64,000 bases of DNA from Candidatus Methylomirabilales bacterium (GCA_046758505.1 JBHIAH010000004.1:43944-107943), one strand, 5' to 3'. Positions 21,805 to 32,851 are shown, counted from the first letter of the stretch. A program made the numbers and translations. Notes: generated from the sequence alone by a model not told the origin.

Positions 21805-22539
21805 TTAATAGCCCACACGCATGAGACACAAGCCGTGAGGGGGCGCCGTACGCCCGGCCCGCTGTCGATCCTTGGAGTGCAAGATGTGCCGGAAGTGCTC
21901 GGGGGTGAGCCGTCCCCTGCCGACATCGAGGAGGGTGCCAACGACGATCCGGATCATGTGTTTCAGGAAGCCGTTCGCGGTAATAACAAAGTCGAGGCGG
22001 TTCCGCTCGGTAACGAACCGGGCCTCGCAGACCCGGCGAACGGATGTCGGCTGCTCGCCGTCGGCTGCCCGGAAGGCGGAGAAATCGTGCTCGCCGATGA
22101 GCGCAGCGGCCGCCTCGGCCATGGAGGCTGGGTCCAACGGCTCAACAATGTGCAGGAACCAGTGCCGTTCGAGGGCCGGGGGGTACGGGGTGTTCAGGAT
22201 GCGGTAGCGATAGGTCTTGTGCGTGGCCGACCGTCGGGCCTCAAAATCTTCTGCCGCCCTCTCAATGCCTCGCACCACGATGTCGGGCGGGAGCAGACCG
22301 TTCAAGGCCCGCTGCCATCTGTCGGGGAAGAGATCCTTCGCCGTCCGAAAGTTTGCCACCTGCCCGAGGGCATGGACTCCCGCATCGGTCCGCCCCGCGC
22401 CGGTAATGCGCACCTCCTCACCCGATATGCGTTTCACCGTCTCTTGCAATACGCCCTGGATGGTTGGCAGCCCCGGCTGCGCCTGCCAGCCATGATACCC
22501 TGTCCCGTCGTACTCGAGCGTCAGCTTGAAATTCTGCAC
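21805..22539 (-). CDS. truA: tRNA pseudouridine(38-40) synthase
   Basis: YDGTGYHGWQ, AGRTDAGVHA, FLKHMIR. Confidence 0.97.
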   Translation of the reverse strand: MQNFKLTLEYDGTGYHGWQAQPGLPTIQGVLQETVKRISGEEVRITGAGRTDAGVHALGQVANFRTAKDLFPDRWQRALNGLLPPDIVVRGIERAAEDFEARRSATHKTYRYRILNTPYPPALERHWFLHIVEPLDPASMAEAAAALIGEHDFSAFRAADGEQPTSVRRVCEARFVTERNRLDFVITANGFLKHMIRIVVGTLLDVGRGRLTPEHFRHILHSKDRQRAGRTAPPHGLCLMRVGY

Positions 22540-22560
22540 GAGTGCCCCTCTAACAACTCA

Positions 22561-22803
22561 GCGATGACCGTTGATCGATATCCGATGACCGTAAGGAACC
22601 AATACGTCCTTTCTCGGTCGTCGGACCTCGGCGAGGCCCTCGACTGAACTCGGTCGAATGTCCTCAGTCGAGCCGTCATCGGTCGTCGGTCCACACTGAG
22701 TACCGGAGGCCCTGCCCCCTTACAGGCAGCCGTTAGCTATCAGCAGTCGGTATGCGCGCTTTGGGGTTTCTTGTACAAAGCTGACAGCAGACCGCTGACT
22801 GCT
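22561..22803. repeat. Two inverted 7-bp tandem repeat elements with an internal palindrome (asd-truA spacer)
   Basis: CGATGAC-CGTTGAC-like units facing CCGTCAT-CGGTCGT-CGGTC; CTCGACTGA...TCAGTCGAG; CCGTTAG-CTATCAG-CAGTCGG facing GCTGACA-GCAGACC-GCTGACT. Confidence 0.6.
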
Positions 22804-22827
22804 TTTTTGCTGGCTGGTGGTGCGGCA

Positions 22828-23856
22828 CTAGCCGGTACCCTGCCCGGCCACCCCCAGGACGAGCTCGGCAATCTGGATGGCGTTGAGGGCGGCGCCCTTC
22901 CGAAGCTGGTCTCCGACGACCCAAAAATGTAGTCCGTGATCGCTGGAGAGATCTTCCCGGACTCGGCCGACATAACATGCATCCTTCCCGGCCGCCATGA
23001 GGGGCATCGGGTACCGACGGTGGGCTGGATCATCTAGGAGCTCGAGGCCCGGAAACCTGGCGAAGAGGTTCCGGGCCTCCCCCACCGACACCTTCCGTTC
23101 TGTCTCTGCGGTCACGGAGACCGAGTGGGCATGCCAGACAGGGACCCGGACCGTGGTGGCGGCAATTTTCATCGCGGGATCCCCCAGGAGCTTCCGGGTC
23201 TCGTGGACCAGTTTCATCTCTTCTCTGGTGTAACCGTTCTCCTCAAAGGCATCGACCTGGGGAATGCAATTGAAGGCGATCGGATGGGGGAAGACCGTGG
23301 CTTCCGCCCGCTCTCCCCGTGCCCACGCGAGGACCTGTCGCCTGAGCTCCTCGATGGCCTGGGCTCCGGCGCCAGAGACCGCTTGATAGCTCGAGACGAT
23401 CAGGCGCGTGACCCTGGCCGCATCGTAGAGCGGCTTCAGCGCCATCACAGTGACAATGGTCGTACAGTTGGGATTGGCGATGAGCGCCTGGTGCCCTCGG
23501 ATCGCTCCGGGGTTGACCTCGGGAATCACCAGGGGGACCGCTGGATCCATGCGGAAGGCGGAGCTGTTGTCCACCACGAGGGCCCCGGCCTTGAGCGCCG
23601 CAGGGGCGAACGCCTTGCTCCGCCCCGCCCCCGCAGAGAACAGGGCCAACTCGACCCCCTGAAACGCGCGCTCGCTCAGTCCTTCGACCTTCAGCTCCTC
23701 CTCTCGAAAGGTCACGGTCTTGCCCTCCGACCGCTCCGACGCCAAGAGCCGGAGGCTCCGCACGGGAAAGTCCCGCTCGGCCAGGATCGAGAGCATGGTC
23801 TGCCCCACCGCTCCCGTCGCTCCCGCAATCGCCACCCGGTACCCGGTTCGAGTCAT
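22828..23856 (-). CDS. asd: Aspartate-semialdehyde dehydrogenase
   Basis: GATGAVG, VDNSSAFRM, ANPNCTT, SYQAVSGAG, DQLRKGAALN. Confidence 0.97.
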   Translation of the reverse strand: MTRTGYRVAIAGATGAVGQTMLSILAERDFPVRSLRLLASERSEGKTVTFREEELKVEGLSERAFQGVELALFSAGAGRSKAFAPAALKAGALVVDNSSAFRMDPAVPLVIPEVNPGAIRGHQALIANPNCTTIVTVMALKPLYDAARVTRLIVSSYQAVSGAGAQAIEELRRQVLAWARGERAEATVFPHPIAFNCIPQVDAFEENGYTREEMKLVHETRKLLGDPAMKIAATTVRVPVWHAHSVSVTAETERKVSVGEARNLFARFPGLELLDDPAHRRYPMPLMAAGKDACYVGRVREDLSSDHGLHFWVVGDQLRKGAALNAIQIAELVLGVAGQGTG

Positions 23857-23866
23857 TCCTGCTCCC

Positions 23867-24012
23867 GTTCACAGTTCACAGTTCACCGTTCACAGCAAAT
23901 ACAGCTTGGAGTTCAGGGTTCACCGTTCTCCGTTCACGGTATAAATCCGTCTTGGCGGACAGCACCCCCGTTTTTTGCTCCTTCCGAACTCTTAACTCTC
24001 AACCCTGAACCA
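23867..24012. repeat. Inverted 7-bp tandem repeat element (leuD-asd spacer)
   Basis: GTTCACA-GTTCACA-GTTCACC-GTTCACA and GTTCAGG-GTTCACC-GTTCTCC-GTTCACG, then inverse GAACTCT-TAACTCT-CAACCCT-GAACCAT. Confidence 0.8.
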
Positions 24013-24609
24013 TCAGTAGCCGCTCACGTACGGGAGCTTCATGGCAACCCGTTCGATCTCGTCACCGGCTTCCAGGAGGACCAGTGCGGCGTTCCAGGTG
24101 CCTGTTACGAGCTGATTCCGGTAACCCTTCGGCATCGTGGCGGCAATCGTCTCTTCAGCGACGCGCACCTGCTGCTTTTCCACGTCGAGGGTGATCTGTC
24201 GCTCTGGCTGTTCCGCTGTGAGGGTCATCAACCTCTCGAGATCGTCGGCGCCCACACTGAGACAGGGGAGCCCGAGGGCAGTACAGTTCCCGATGAAGAT
24301 CTCGCCGAACGACCGTCCCACGATGCCCCGGATTCCCCACCGCCGCAAGGCCTCTGGCGCATGCTCGCGCGAGGAGCCGCACCCGAAATTTTGTCCGACC
24401 AGCAGAACCGCGGCCCCGCGGTACCGGGCCTGGTTGAACGGATGGTCGGGTGCCTGAAGGCGATCGTCCTCAAAGACATGGTCCCCGAGGCCCTCAAATG
24501 TGACGCTTTTCAGGAACCGGGCCGGGATGATCCGATCGGTGTCGATGTCGGTGCCCGGGAGGGGGATGGCTCGCCCAACAATCTCGCGGCGCACGGCGTC
24601 GTGGTTCAT
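24013..24609 (-). CDS. leuD: 3-isopropylmalate dehydratase small subunit
   Basis: [28 protein letters not shown] overlaps the leuC stop. Confidence 0.96.
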   Translation of the reverse strand: MNHDAVRREIVGRAIPLPGTDIDTDRIIPARFLKSVTFEGLGDHVFEDDRLQAPDHPFNQARYRGAAVLLVGQNFGCGSSREHAPEALRRWGIRGIVGRSFGEIFIGNCTALGLPCLSVGADDLERLMTLTAEQPERQITLDVEKQQVRVAEETIAATMPKGYRNQLVTGTWNAALVLLEAGDEIERVAMKLPYVSGY

Positions 24610-26009
24610 TTCAGGAACTCCCGCACGTCGGTCACCTCTCCCGCGATGGCTGCCGCGGCCACCATCACCGGGCTCATGAGGAGCGTCCGCCCTGTGGGAG
24701 AGCCCTGCCGCCCCTTGAAATTCCGGTTGCTCGAGGAGGCGCAGACCTCCCGGCCTTTCAGTTTGTCTTCGTTCATCCCCAAACACAGCGAGCACCCGGC
24801 CTTGCGCCACTCGAATCCCGCCTCTTGGAAGATGACGTGGAGCTCCTCGGCTTCGGCCGCCTTCGCCACCGCCTGGGACCCCGGAACCACCAACGCGCGC
24901 ACCCCCTTGGCGACCTTCCGGCCGCGCGCCACCTCGGCGGCCGCCCGCAGGTCGGAGAGCCGGGCGTTGGTGCAGGATCCAATGAAGGCCACGTCAATAG
25001 GGGTCCCCGCGATGGGCCGCCCCGGCTCGAAGGACATGAAAGCCAAGGCCTCTTCCAGGGGAGCCCGATCCATGTCAGGCATGTCGGCCGGACGCGGGAT
25101 CCGCTCGCCCACGCCCACGGATTGGCCCGGATTGATGCCCCAGGTGACCATGGGCTGGATCGACCCGCCGTCCAGACGGACGACGTCGTCAAAGGGCGCG
25201 CCCGGTTCCGTCGCCATGCCCTTCCACCACGCCACCGCACGATCAAAGGCCTCGCCCCGGGGCGCAAAAGGGCGGCCCTTGAGGTAGTTGAAGGTGGTCG
25301 CATCGGGATTGACGTAGCCGGCGCGCGCCCCCCCCTCGATGCTCATATTACAGATGGTGAGGCGTTCGTCCATCGACATCGCCTCAAGCACCGAGCCGGC
25401 GTATTCGTACGCAAAGCCGACCCCCCCCTTGACGCCGAGCCGCTGGATGATCGCCAGGACGACGTCCTTGGCGTAGACGCCGCGGGCAAGCGTCCCCTCC
25501 ACCCGGATCTGCCGGAGCTTCGGCTTGGCGATCGACAGACATTGCGTCGCCAGCACGTCCCGAACCTGGCTGGTGCCAACGCCGAAGGCGAGCGCCCCGA
25601 GCGCCCCGTGCGTAGCGGTGTGGCTGTCCCCACAGGCAATGGTGATTCCCGGCTGGGTCAGACCCAGCTCGGGTCCGATGACGTGGACGATGCCCTGCCG
25701 CCCGCTGTCCAGATCAAAGAGCGGGATGCCAAATTCCTTACAGTTTCTGACCAGGTGAACCGTCATCTCTTCGGCCAGCACATCCCGGAAGGGACGGCGC
25801 TGCGAAGCGGTCGGAATGATGTGATCGATCGTGGCGAACGTCCTTTCCGGGAAGCGGACCTTGAGCCCTGCCTCCCGGATCATCTGGAAGGCCTGGGGGC
25901 TCGTCACCTCGTGGACGAGGTGGAGGCCGACGAAGAGCTGCGTGTGCCCCGAGGGGAGCAGACGCACGGTGTGGGCCTGCCACACTTTGTCGAGGAGCGT
26001 TTCAGCCAT
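24606..26009 (-). CDS. leuC: 3-isopropylmalate dehydratase large subunit
   Basis: [40 protein letters not shown]. Confidence 0.97.
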   Translation of the reverse strand: MAETLLDKVWQAHTVRLLPSGHTQLFVGLHLVHEVTSPQAFQMIREAGLKVRFPERTFATIDHIIPTASQRRPFRDVLAEEMTVHLVRNCKEFGIPLFDLDSGRQGIVHVIGPELGLTQPGITIACGDSHTATHGALGALAFGVGTSQVRDVLATQCLSIAKPKLRQIRVEGTLARGVYAKDVVLAIIQRLGVKGGVGFAYEYAGSVLEAMSMDERLTICNMSIEGGARAGYVNPDATTFNYLKGRPFAPRGEAFDRAVAWWKGMATEPGAPFDDVVRLDGGSIQPMVTWGINPGQSVGVGERIPRPADMPDMDRAPLEEALAFMSFEPGRPIAGTPIDVAFIGSCTNARLSDLRAAAEVARGRKVAKGVRALVVPGSQAVAKAAEAEELHVIFQEAGFEWRKAGCSLCLGMNEDKLKGREVCASSSNRNFKGRQGSPTGRTLLMSPVMVAAAAIAGEVTDVREFLK

Positions 26010-26159
26010 ACGGCTCCTTTCCCCGTCCTTCCAATGCTCCACACCCCTCGCGTAGGCCCCTGGAACCCGAGCGGACCAGGGGTGGGAGGGTGTCACGATT
26101 TACGCGTGGACCGGAGGAGCGATCGTCCGTTCGTCCCTCACCCGACGAGCGCACCCCGC

Positions 26160-27704
26160 TCACACACCCTGGGAGACCTCCTTCCCGGGAGGCGTCTTCC
26201 GGCTCACCGCCCGGTTTATCGCGTTCAGATATGCCTTTGCACTCGCCTCGATGACATCGGTGGAGGTCCCCCGCCCGATGATCGTGTGCCCGTCGACCTC
26301 GATGGAGACCATCACCTCCCCCAGGGCATCCTTCCCCGAGGTGACGGCCCGGATGCCATAGTCCTTCAGCCGCGGGTGGATCCCGGTAACCTGGTCGATC
26401 GCCTTGAAAGTCGCATCGACCGGACCATCTCCCCAGCCCGACTCCTGGTGGACCTCATCTTCCTTCTTTAAGCGAACGGTGGCCGTGGGGATCATATTGG
26501 TCCCACTGGCGAATTGCAGATGATCGAGCACATAGGTTTCGGCAACGGTAAGCACCTGTTCCTCGACGATCGCCAGGAGATCATCGTCGAAGACCTCTTT
26601 CTTCTTGTCGCAGAGGTCCTTGAATCGCACGAAGGCTCTGTTCAGGTTGTCCTCGCCGAGATCCACCCCTAGGTCCTGGAGCCGTTTCTTGAACGCGTGG
26701 CGACCCGAGTGCTTGCCCAGGACGAGGCGGCTCTGGGGCACCCCCACCGATTGCGGCGTCATGATCTCGTAGGTCAGGGCGTGGGAGAGGACGCCGTGCT
26801 GGTGGATTCCGGCTTCGTGCGCGAAGGCGTTGGCCCCCACGATCGCCTTATTCGGTTGCACCGGAATGCCGGTGATCTTGGTGAGCAGCTTCGAGGCCCT
26901 GTAGACCTCTTCCGTGTTGACGCCCGTCTCCGCCTGCAGGATATCGCGGCGCGTCCTGATGGCCATCACGACCTCTTCGAGCGAGGCGTTGCCCGCCCGC
27001 TCCCCGATGCCGTTGATCGTGCACTCCACCTGCCGGGCGCCTTGTTTCATCCCCTCCAGGGAGTTGGCGACGGCCAGCCCCAGGTCATTGTGGCAGTGGA
27101 CGCTGACGATCACCTTATCAATGTTGGGAACGCGATTCATGAGATTCCGAATCCGCTCGCCATATTCCCACGGGATGGCGTATCCCACTGTATCCGGGAT
27201 GTTGATGGTCGTGGCCCCCGCCGTGATGGCTGCCTCTACCATCTGGCAGAGGAAGTCCTGATCGGTCCGGCAGGCGTCCTCACAGGAGAACTCCACATCA
27301 TCCGTATAGCCCCGGGCTTTCTGCACCGCCCGGACCGCCGCGTCACGCACTTCGTCCCGGCTCATCTTCAGCTTGTGCCGCATGTGGATATCGGAGGTCG
27401 CGATGAACGTGTGGATCCGAGGCCGTTCGGCATGCTGGAGTGCCTCCCAGGCCCGATCGATATCCTGATCCCGAGTCCGGCACAGCCCGGCGATGGTCAC
27501 TCCCTCTCGCACCTGCTGAGAGACCACCTTGACCGCCTCGAAGTCATCCGTGGAGGCGATCGGAAAGCCCGCCTCGATGATATCGACCCGAAGGCGGGCG
27601 AGCTGCCGGGCCAACTCCAGCTTCTCTCGGGTATTCATGCTGTACCCAGGAGACTGCTCTCCGTCGCGTAATGTCGTATCGAAGATCATAATCCGCGTGG
27701 CCAT
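26160..27704 (-). CDS. leuA: 2-isopropylmalate synthase
   Basis: DTTLRDGEQ, HCHNDLG, GERAGN, HEAGIHQ, GDGPVDA regulatory domain. Confidence 0.97.
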   Translation of the reverse strand: MATRIMIFDTTLRDGEQSPGYSMNTREKLELARQLARLRVDIIEAGFPIASTDDFEAVKVVSQQVREGVTIAGLCRTRDQDIDRAWEALQHAERPRIHTFIATSDIHMRHKLKMSRDEVRDAAVRAVQKARGYTDDVEFSCEDACRTDQDFLCQMVEAAITAGATTINIPDTVGYAIPWEYGERIRNLMNRVPNIDKVIVSVHCHNDLGLAVANSLEGMKQGARQVECTINGIGERAGNASLEEVVMAIRTRRDILQAETGVNTEEVYRASKLLTKITGIPVQPNKAIVGANAFAHEAGIHQHGVLSHALTYEIMTPQSVGVPQSRLVLGKHSGRHAFKKRLQDLGVDLGEDNLNRAFVRFKDLCDKKKEVFDDDLLAIVEEQVLTVAETYVLDHLQFASGTNMIPTATVRLKKEDEVHQESGWGDGPVDATFKAIDQVTGIHPRLKDYGIRAVTSGKDALGEVMVSIEVDGHTIIGRGTSTDVIEASAKAYLNAINRAVSRKTPPGKEVSQGV

Positions 27705-27825
27705 CACTTCACTCCTCTCTCTGTGCCTCGTCGGCACCGTCGCACACAAACAACACTCCTCACGGTCGATACTCTCTGCTGAAGGTCACCACTGCTGATG
27801 TCGCCCACGCCGGGGGAACCCTCCC

Positions 27826-28620
27826 TCAGGGGGAGTGCGGCTCCCCCGGCGTAAGCTCGAGCTCTTCACCCAGGTCGGGCAAAACGCGCCTGCGCACGAG
27901 GGGAAGGTAGCGGAGGAAACCAGAGAGGGCATATAGGAAGAAGAAGCCGGAGAGTAAGAGGCTCGGTTTCCAGGCAACGACGAGCATGGCCAGGAGGAGA
28001 CTGAACAGAATCGTGAAGGGGTGGCGCCGGGAGATATCAATCTCTTTCAGCGAGCGGTACCGGATCTTGCTCACCATGAGAAACGCCGTCACCGCCACCA
28101 AGACCACCATCAGGGCAGACGTGACTTCCGGCGAAAGCACTTGATAGTCAAAAATCTCCAAAGAAGGCGATTCGCCGAGAAAGAGCACGGATGAGGCGAT
28201 GATCCCCGCCGCCGCCGGGATGGGAAGCCCCACAAAGTACCGTTTGTCGAGCTTCTTCGTCTGGATGTTAAAGCGGGCCAGGCGGAGCGCCCCGCACGCG
28301 GCGAACAGGAAGGCGGCTAACCAGCCGATTCGCCCGAAAGGCTGCATGGCGAAGACGTAGGCGAGCATTCCCGGGGCGACCCCGAAAGAGACCAGATCGG
28401 CCAACGAATCTAACTCGACCCCGAAATCGCTGGCGGCCTTCGCAATCCGCGCGACCGCGCCATCCAAACAATCCAGCACCAGGGCAATGACGATGGCCAA
28501 TGCCGCCTTCGACAGGTCGTTCTTATAGACCGCGATAATGGCGTAGAACCCGCAGAAGAGATTCCCGATGGTCAGGATACTCGGCAGAATGTATACGCCC
28601 CGGCGACCTTCTCGCCTCAT
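27826..28620 (-). CDS. pssA: CDP-diacylglycerol--serine O-phosphatidyltransferase
   Basis: DG.VAR...FG.ELDSLADLVSFGVAP, RLARFN. Confidence 0.95.
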   Translation of the reverse strand: MRREGRRGVYILPSILTIGNLFCGFYAIIAVYKNDLSKAALAIVIALVLDCLDGAVARIAKAASDFGVELDSLADLVSFGVAPGMLAYVFAMQPFGRIGWLAAFLFAACGALRLARFNIQTKKLDKRYFVGLPIPAAAGIIASSVLFLGESPSLEIFDYQVLSPEVTSALMVVLVAVTAFLMVSKIRYRSLKEIDISRRHPFTILFSLLLAMLVVAWKPSLLLSGFFFLYALSGFLRYLPLVRRRVLPDLGEELELTPGEPHSP

Positions 28621-29282
28621 GAGACCACCCCGATGATACTCTCGCCGCCTCTCACATAGTCCCCGATCTGCACGCGCGGGTGCACCCCTTCAGGCAACAG
28701 TAGGTCCACCCGGGAGCCGAAACGAATCATGCCAATCCGCTCTCCTGCCCGAACCTCCTGCCCGGGCTGTACCCACGTCACGATCCGCCGTGCCAAGATC
28801 CCGGCCACCTGGCGAACGAAAATATCCCCGGGACCTCCCTGCAGGTGGATCAAGGTCTGGGCATTCACGTGGGAGGCCTCCGCCTTCCACGCGACCTTAA
28901 AGGCCCCGCGGCTCGGACGGACCTCTGAGACCCGGCCACCGCATGGAGCGCGGTTGATGTGCACATCGAAGAGGGAGAGGAAGATACTGATCTCGTTCCC
29001 ACTCCCTCCATCCCCCGCGGAAGCCACCCGGACTACTCGCCCGTCAGCCGGGGCCAGGATCGCCCCGGCCTCGGCAGGCGGGACCCGATTGGGATCCCGG
29101 AAGAAGAAGGCCACCGCGCATGCCAGCAGCCCCAGAAGAAGGGCCCCTGCCGTGAGGCCTATCATCCAGAGGAGCAAGGCTCCTCCCAACGGAGGGAGGA
29201 TAAACGGCCACCCCTCTGGGGCGATAGGAAGCGTCCCCCTCCGGCGTCCAGCCGTCCGATCCAACACCTCACGAGATCCCAT
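28617..29282 (-). CDS. psd: Phosphatidylserine decarboxylase proenzyme
   Basis: FFRDP, APADG, DVHINRAP, IRFGSRVD cleavage motif. Confidence 0.95.
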   Translation of the reverse strand: MGSREVLDRTAGRRRGTLPIAPEGWPFILPPLGGALLLWMIGLTAGALLLGLLACAVAFFFRDPNRVPPAEAGAILAPADGRVVRVASAGDGGSGNEISIFLSLFDVHINRAPCGGRVSEVRPSRGAFKVAWKAEASHVNAQTLIHLQGGPGDIFVRQVAGILARRIVTWVQPGQEVRAGERIGMIRFGSRVDLLLPEGVHPRVQIGDYVRGGESIIGVVS

Positions 29283-29317
29283 CTATACCACTGCGCCCCC
29301 GGTATTTCAAGGGTGAT

Positions 29318-31999
29318 TCACCGGGGCTTCTCCCCTTCCCGCCCGGCCATCAGCCGCCGGATGACTTCAGGAACACGACCAAGGGCCTCGTCGAGCGTCG
29401 AGGGATCCTTTCCTCCCGCCTCGGCCAAGTCAGCCCGGCCGCCCCCCTCCCCTCCGGTCATCCGCGCCAACTCTCGCACGAGGTGCCCGGCGTGCAGGCG
29501 CGCCATGATGTCCCCAGTCACGCCGGTAACCCACCCCACCCGCTTCTCGATCACCGTGCCCAGAACGACCACCCCCGACCCGAGCTTTGTCCGGAGTCGG
29601 TCTACCAGGTCCCGAAGGCCCTTCTGGTCGAAATGCTCGACCCGCCCCCGGACCACGGGAAACCCTTCAACAATCTCGACCTGATTCAGCAAATCCTCAA
29701 CCACGGTAGCCGCCAAACGGCTCCGAAGCCGCTGAATCTCTTGTTCCAACTCTCCCCCGCGTCGACTCAGCCTATCCACTCGCTCCGGAAGTTCGAGCGG
29801 CCGCGCCTTTAATGCCTCAGCCGATTCCTGGAGCGCGGCCTCTTCCCGCAGGAGGAAGTCATAGGCCCCGGCACCGGTGTAAGCTTCCAGGCGGCGGATG
29901 CCGGCCGCCACCCCGCTCTCGCTGCCGATCTTGCAGATCCCGATCTCGCCGATGGCTCGGGCATGCGTCCCGCCGCAGAGCTCCAGTCCAAAGCCGGGCA
30001 CGGCCACGACGCGAACCCGATCGGCATACTTATCGGCAAAGAAGGCCCTCGCCCCGCGCGCGATGGCTTCCTCATACGGCACACCATCCTCGATGACGAC
30101 GGGAAGATTTCGCCAGAGCTGTTCGTTCACCATCCGTTCGAGACGGGCGATCTCCGACGCCGTGAGTGGTCCGAAGTGGCGAAAATCGAAACGCAGGCGG
30201 TCGGGGGCCACCAGCGACCCCTCCTGCCGGACGTGGTCTCCCAGGACGCGGTGGAGGCCCTCGTGGATCAGGTGGGTTGCCGTGTGGTTCCTGACGATCA
30301 GCCCCCGCCGTTCCTCATCAATGGCCGCCAACAGACGCTCCCCTCTCCGAATCGTCCCCCGTACCACCCGGACCCGATGGACCGCCAGGCCGGGGAGGGG
30401 GCGCTGGACATCCAAGACGTTCGCCGCCCCGTGCGCCCCCGCGAGGATGCCGACGTCTGCGACCTGTCCTCCCGCCTCGGCGTAATAGGGGGTGCGGTCC
30501 AGAATGATCTCCGCCTCCTCCCCCTCCCGGACGGTCTCGGTCTGCTGTCCCCCCTTCACGATCGCGACCACCTCCGCCTCTACCTTCATCTGGTCGTACC
30601 CGACGAAGGTGGTCGCGGACGATGTCGCCAGATCCTGGATGACGGGGGAGACCTCAGCCCCTTTGAACCAGGCCGCCCCGTGCAGGCGCGCCCGGTCCCG
30701 CTGCCGCTCAAGCTCCCGGTCAAAATCCTCCCAGGCGCATTCGATTCCCTGTTCGCCGGCTACCTCATCGACAATGTCTCGCGGGAGACCGTAGGTATCG
30801 TACAGCTTGAACAGGGTTTCGCCGCCCAGGCGCTGGGCTTGGCCGCCCCCCTTCGCCGCCGCGATGGCCTCTTCGAGCCGCGGGATCGCCATCTGCAGGG
30901 TATGACCAAAGCGCTCTTCTTCGGCTGCCGTCTCGCGCGCCACACGGTCACGCGTCCCCTCAAGCTCGGGATATTGCCCCTTCATGAGATCGACCACCCG
31001 CCCGGTCATCCGTGCCAGGAACGGTCCTTCCAGGCCGAGGAGCTTCCCATGACGCAGGGCCCGTCGCACGATCCGCCTCAGGACGTAGCCCCGCCCCTCA
31101 TTGCTCGGGAAGATGCCGTCGCTCTGCAAAAAGGTGACGGCCCGGGCATGATCGGCGATCACCCGCATGGACACATCGTCCCGTTCCTTGGCACCATAGG
31201 CCTGCCCACTCAGTTCTTCCACAACGGTGATGAGAGGTTGCAGGAGATCGGTGTCGAAGTTGCTCACCACGCCTTGGACGACGGCGACTATCCGCTCGAG
31301 GCCGGCCCCCGTGTCGATACTCGGCTTCGGTAGTGGGGTGAGCGTCCCGCCGGCATCTCGGTTAAACTGCATAAAAACCAGATTCCACAGCTCCAGGTAT
31401 CGGTCACAGTCACACTCGATGGTGCACGAGGGGCGCCCACACCCCACCTCGGGCCCCTGATCGATAACGATTTCGGAGCAGGGTCCGCAGGGACCCGTGT
31501 CTCCCATCGCCCAGAAGTTGTCCTTTTCCCCGAGGCGAACGATACGACCGGTGGGCACGCCAGCCACCGTCTGCCACAACTGAAAGGCCTCATCGTCATC
31601 CGTGTAGACCGTTGCCCAGAGGCGCTCCGGCGGCAGACCGAGGTCCACCGTCATCCACTCCCAGGCGTAGGTGATGGCGGCTTCTTTGAAATAGTCGCCG
31701 AAGGAAAAGTTGCCGAGCATTTCGAAAAACGTATGGTGTCTGGCCGTCTTCCCCACGTTTTCGAGATCGTTATGCTTCCCGCCAGCCCGGACACACTTCT
31801 GGCACGACGTCGCCCGGCTGTACGGTCGCTGCTCGTGTCCGAGGAAGCAGTCCTTGAACTGCACCATTCCGGCATTGGTAAAGAGGAGCGTGGGATCCGC
31901 CCGGGGAACCAAGGAGGAACTCGGAACGATGGCATGTCCTCGCGAGGCAAAAAAGTCCAGGAAGGACTGCCGAACCTCCGCTCCAGTCAGCTTCCGCAT
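29318..31999 (-). CDS. alaS: Alanine--tRNA ligase
   Basis: FTNAGMVQFK, HHTFFEMLGNFSFGDYFK, NHTATH, ELCGGTH. Confidence 0.98.
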   Translation of the reverse strand: MRKLTGAEVRQSFLDFFASRGHAIVPSSSLVPRADPTLLFTNAGMVQFKDCFLGHEQRPYSRATSCQKCVRAGGKHNDLENVGKTARHHTFFEMLGNFSFGDYFKEAAITYAWEWMTVDLGLPPERLWATVYTDDDEAFQLWQTVAGVPTGRIVRLGEKDNFWAMGDTGPCGPCSEIVIDQGPEVGCGRPSCTIECDCDRYLELWNLVFMQFNRDAGGTLTPLPKPSIDTGAGLERIVAVVQGVVSNFDTDLLQPLITVVEELSGQAYGAKERDDVSMRVIADHARAVTFLQSDGIFPSNEGRGYVLRRIVRRALRHGKLLGLEGPFLARMTGRVVDLMKGQYPELEGTRDRVARETAAEEERFGHTLQMAIPRLEEAIAAAKGGGQAQRLGGETLFKLYDTYGLPRDIVDEVAGEQGIECAWEDFDRELERQRDRARLHGAAWFKGAEVSPVIQDLATSSATTFVGYDQMKVEAEVVAIVKGGQQTETVREGEEAEIILDRTPYYAEAGGQVADVGILAGAHGAANVLDVQRPLPGLAVHRVRVVRGTIRRGERLLAAIDEERRGLIVRNHTATHLIHEGLHRVLGDHVRQEGSLVAPDRLRFDFRHFGPLTASEIARLERMVNEQLWRNLPVVIEDGVPYEEAIARGARAFFADKYADRVRVVAVPGFGLELCGGTHARAIGEIGICKIGSESGVAAGIRRLEAYTGAGAYDFLLREEAALQESAEALKARPLELPERVDRLSRRGGELEQEIQRLRSRLAATVVEDLLNQVEIVEGFPVVRGRVEHFDQKGLRDLVDRLRTKLGSGVVVLGTVIEKRVGWVTGVTGDIMARLHAGHLVRELARMTGGEGGGRADLAEAGGKDPSTLDEALGRVPEVIRRLMAGREGEKPR

Positions 32000-32038
32000 G
32001 ACCTCTCCCCATGATGGCCAGAGAAACTGTAAATAAAG

Positions 32039-32067
32039 ATATTAAAGCCCAAGCCTGAAATTGTCAA
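32039..32067 (-). promoter_or_regulatory. Putative sigma70 promoter of alaS
   Basis: Minus strand TTGACA-17 nt-TAATAT in an AT-rich patch. Confidence 0.6.
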
Positions 32068-32159
32068 GAAAATGCAGAACTTTAGCCGGGAGAGGCGAGG
32101 ACCCTTCAAGGAATTTTTCAGGGGATTCCCAGGCACGCGCGAGGTGGCAGTCGTACGGA

Positions 32160-32332
32160 GCAAGCAGCAGCGGCCAGCAGATTTTCGGCTGTCGGCATGC
32201 AGGCCTCAGTCGTTTTGAAGCTAACAGCGGTCGGGAGCCAGCAATCCGCATGCAGCTTTCGTGACGTCATGGATGCGTTCGGATTCCCGCCGACTGCCGA
32301 CTGCTCGTTCCTGACTGCGGACAGCTGATGGC
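32160..32332. repeat. Inverted 7-bp tandem repeat element (recX-alaS spacer)
   Basis: TTTTCGG-CTGTCGG and GCGGTCG-GGAGCCA-GCAATCC facing CCGACTG-CCGACTG-CTCGTTC-CTGACTG-CGGACAG-CTGATGG. Confidence 0.55.
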
Positions 32333-32359
32333 CATGACGCATCTGCTTTCGGAGGGATG

Positions 32360-32845
32360 CTAATATTTATCCTTCACAAGGGTGGTGACGGTCCGCCGGA
32401 CCGTCTCTGAAGAGAACCCGCGCCGCAGTAAGTACGCCGCAAGGCGACGTCGCACGACATTGGGAGAAAGACGGCCCAGGGCCTTCAGGCGCCTCGCCGC
32501 TCCCGCCCGGGCTATCTCTTCCTCGTTAATCTCCTGAAATACCTCCCGAACCGTGGCCTTGACGATCTCCTCCGCAACGCCCTTGTCCCGCAGTTCCCCT
32601 TGCAGCCGGCGGGAGCTGATGTGGCGACTCTGGACACGCGTCCGCGCGTGATGCAGGGCAAAGGCGCGATCATCGACGAGCCCGCGGGCTGTGAGATTCT
32701 GGACGACGCCTGAGATCACCTCGGCGGCGAAGCCCCGGCGCCGGAGCCGGTCGACGATCTCGTGGCAGGACCGGGCCCGAACAGCGAGGAGGCGAAGGGC
32801 CGCCCGGGTGGCGGCGTCCCAATCCGCGGACGACGGTGAGGGCAT
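32360..32845 (-). CDS. recX: Regulatory protein RecX
   Basis: ALRLL..RARS..E, VDDRAFA, YLLRRGFS; near recA and alaS. Confidence 0.92.
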   Translation of the reverse strand: MPSPSSADWDAATRAALRLLAVRARSCHEIVDRLRRRGFAAEVISGVVQNLTARGLVDDRAFALHHARTRVQSRHISSRRLQGELRDKGVAEEIVKATVREVFQEINEEEIARAGAARRLKALGRLSPNVVRRRLAAYLLRRGFSSETVRRTVTTLVKDKY

Positions 32846-32851
32846 GAAGGG

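Noticed and set aside
23867..23938. Repeats as a CRISPR array
   Set aside because: Units are 7 bp and contiguous with no unique spacers, and no cas genes are present
23125..25287. 720-aa plus-strand ORF and the many other long plus-strand ORFs
   Set aside because: They are antisense shadows of well-supported minus-strand genes in high-GC DNA and carry no recognisable motifs
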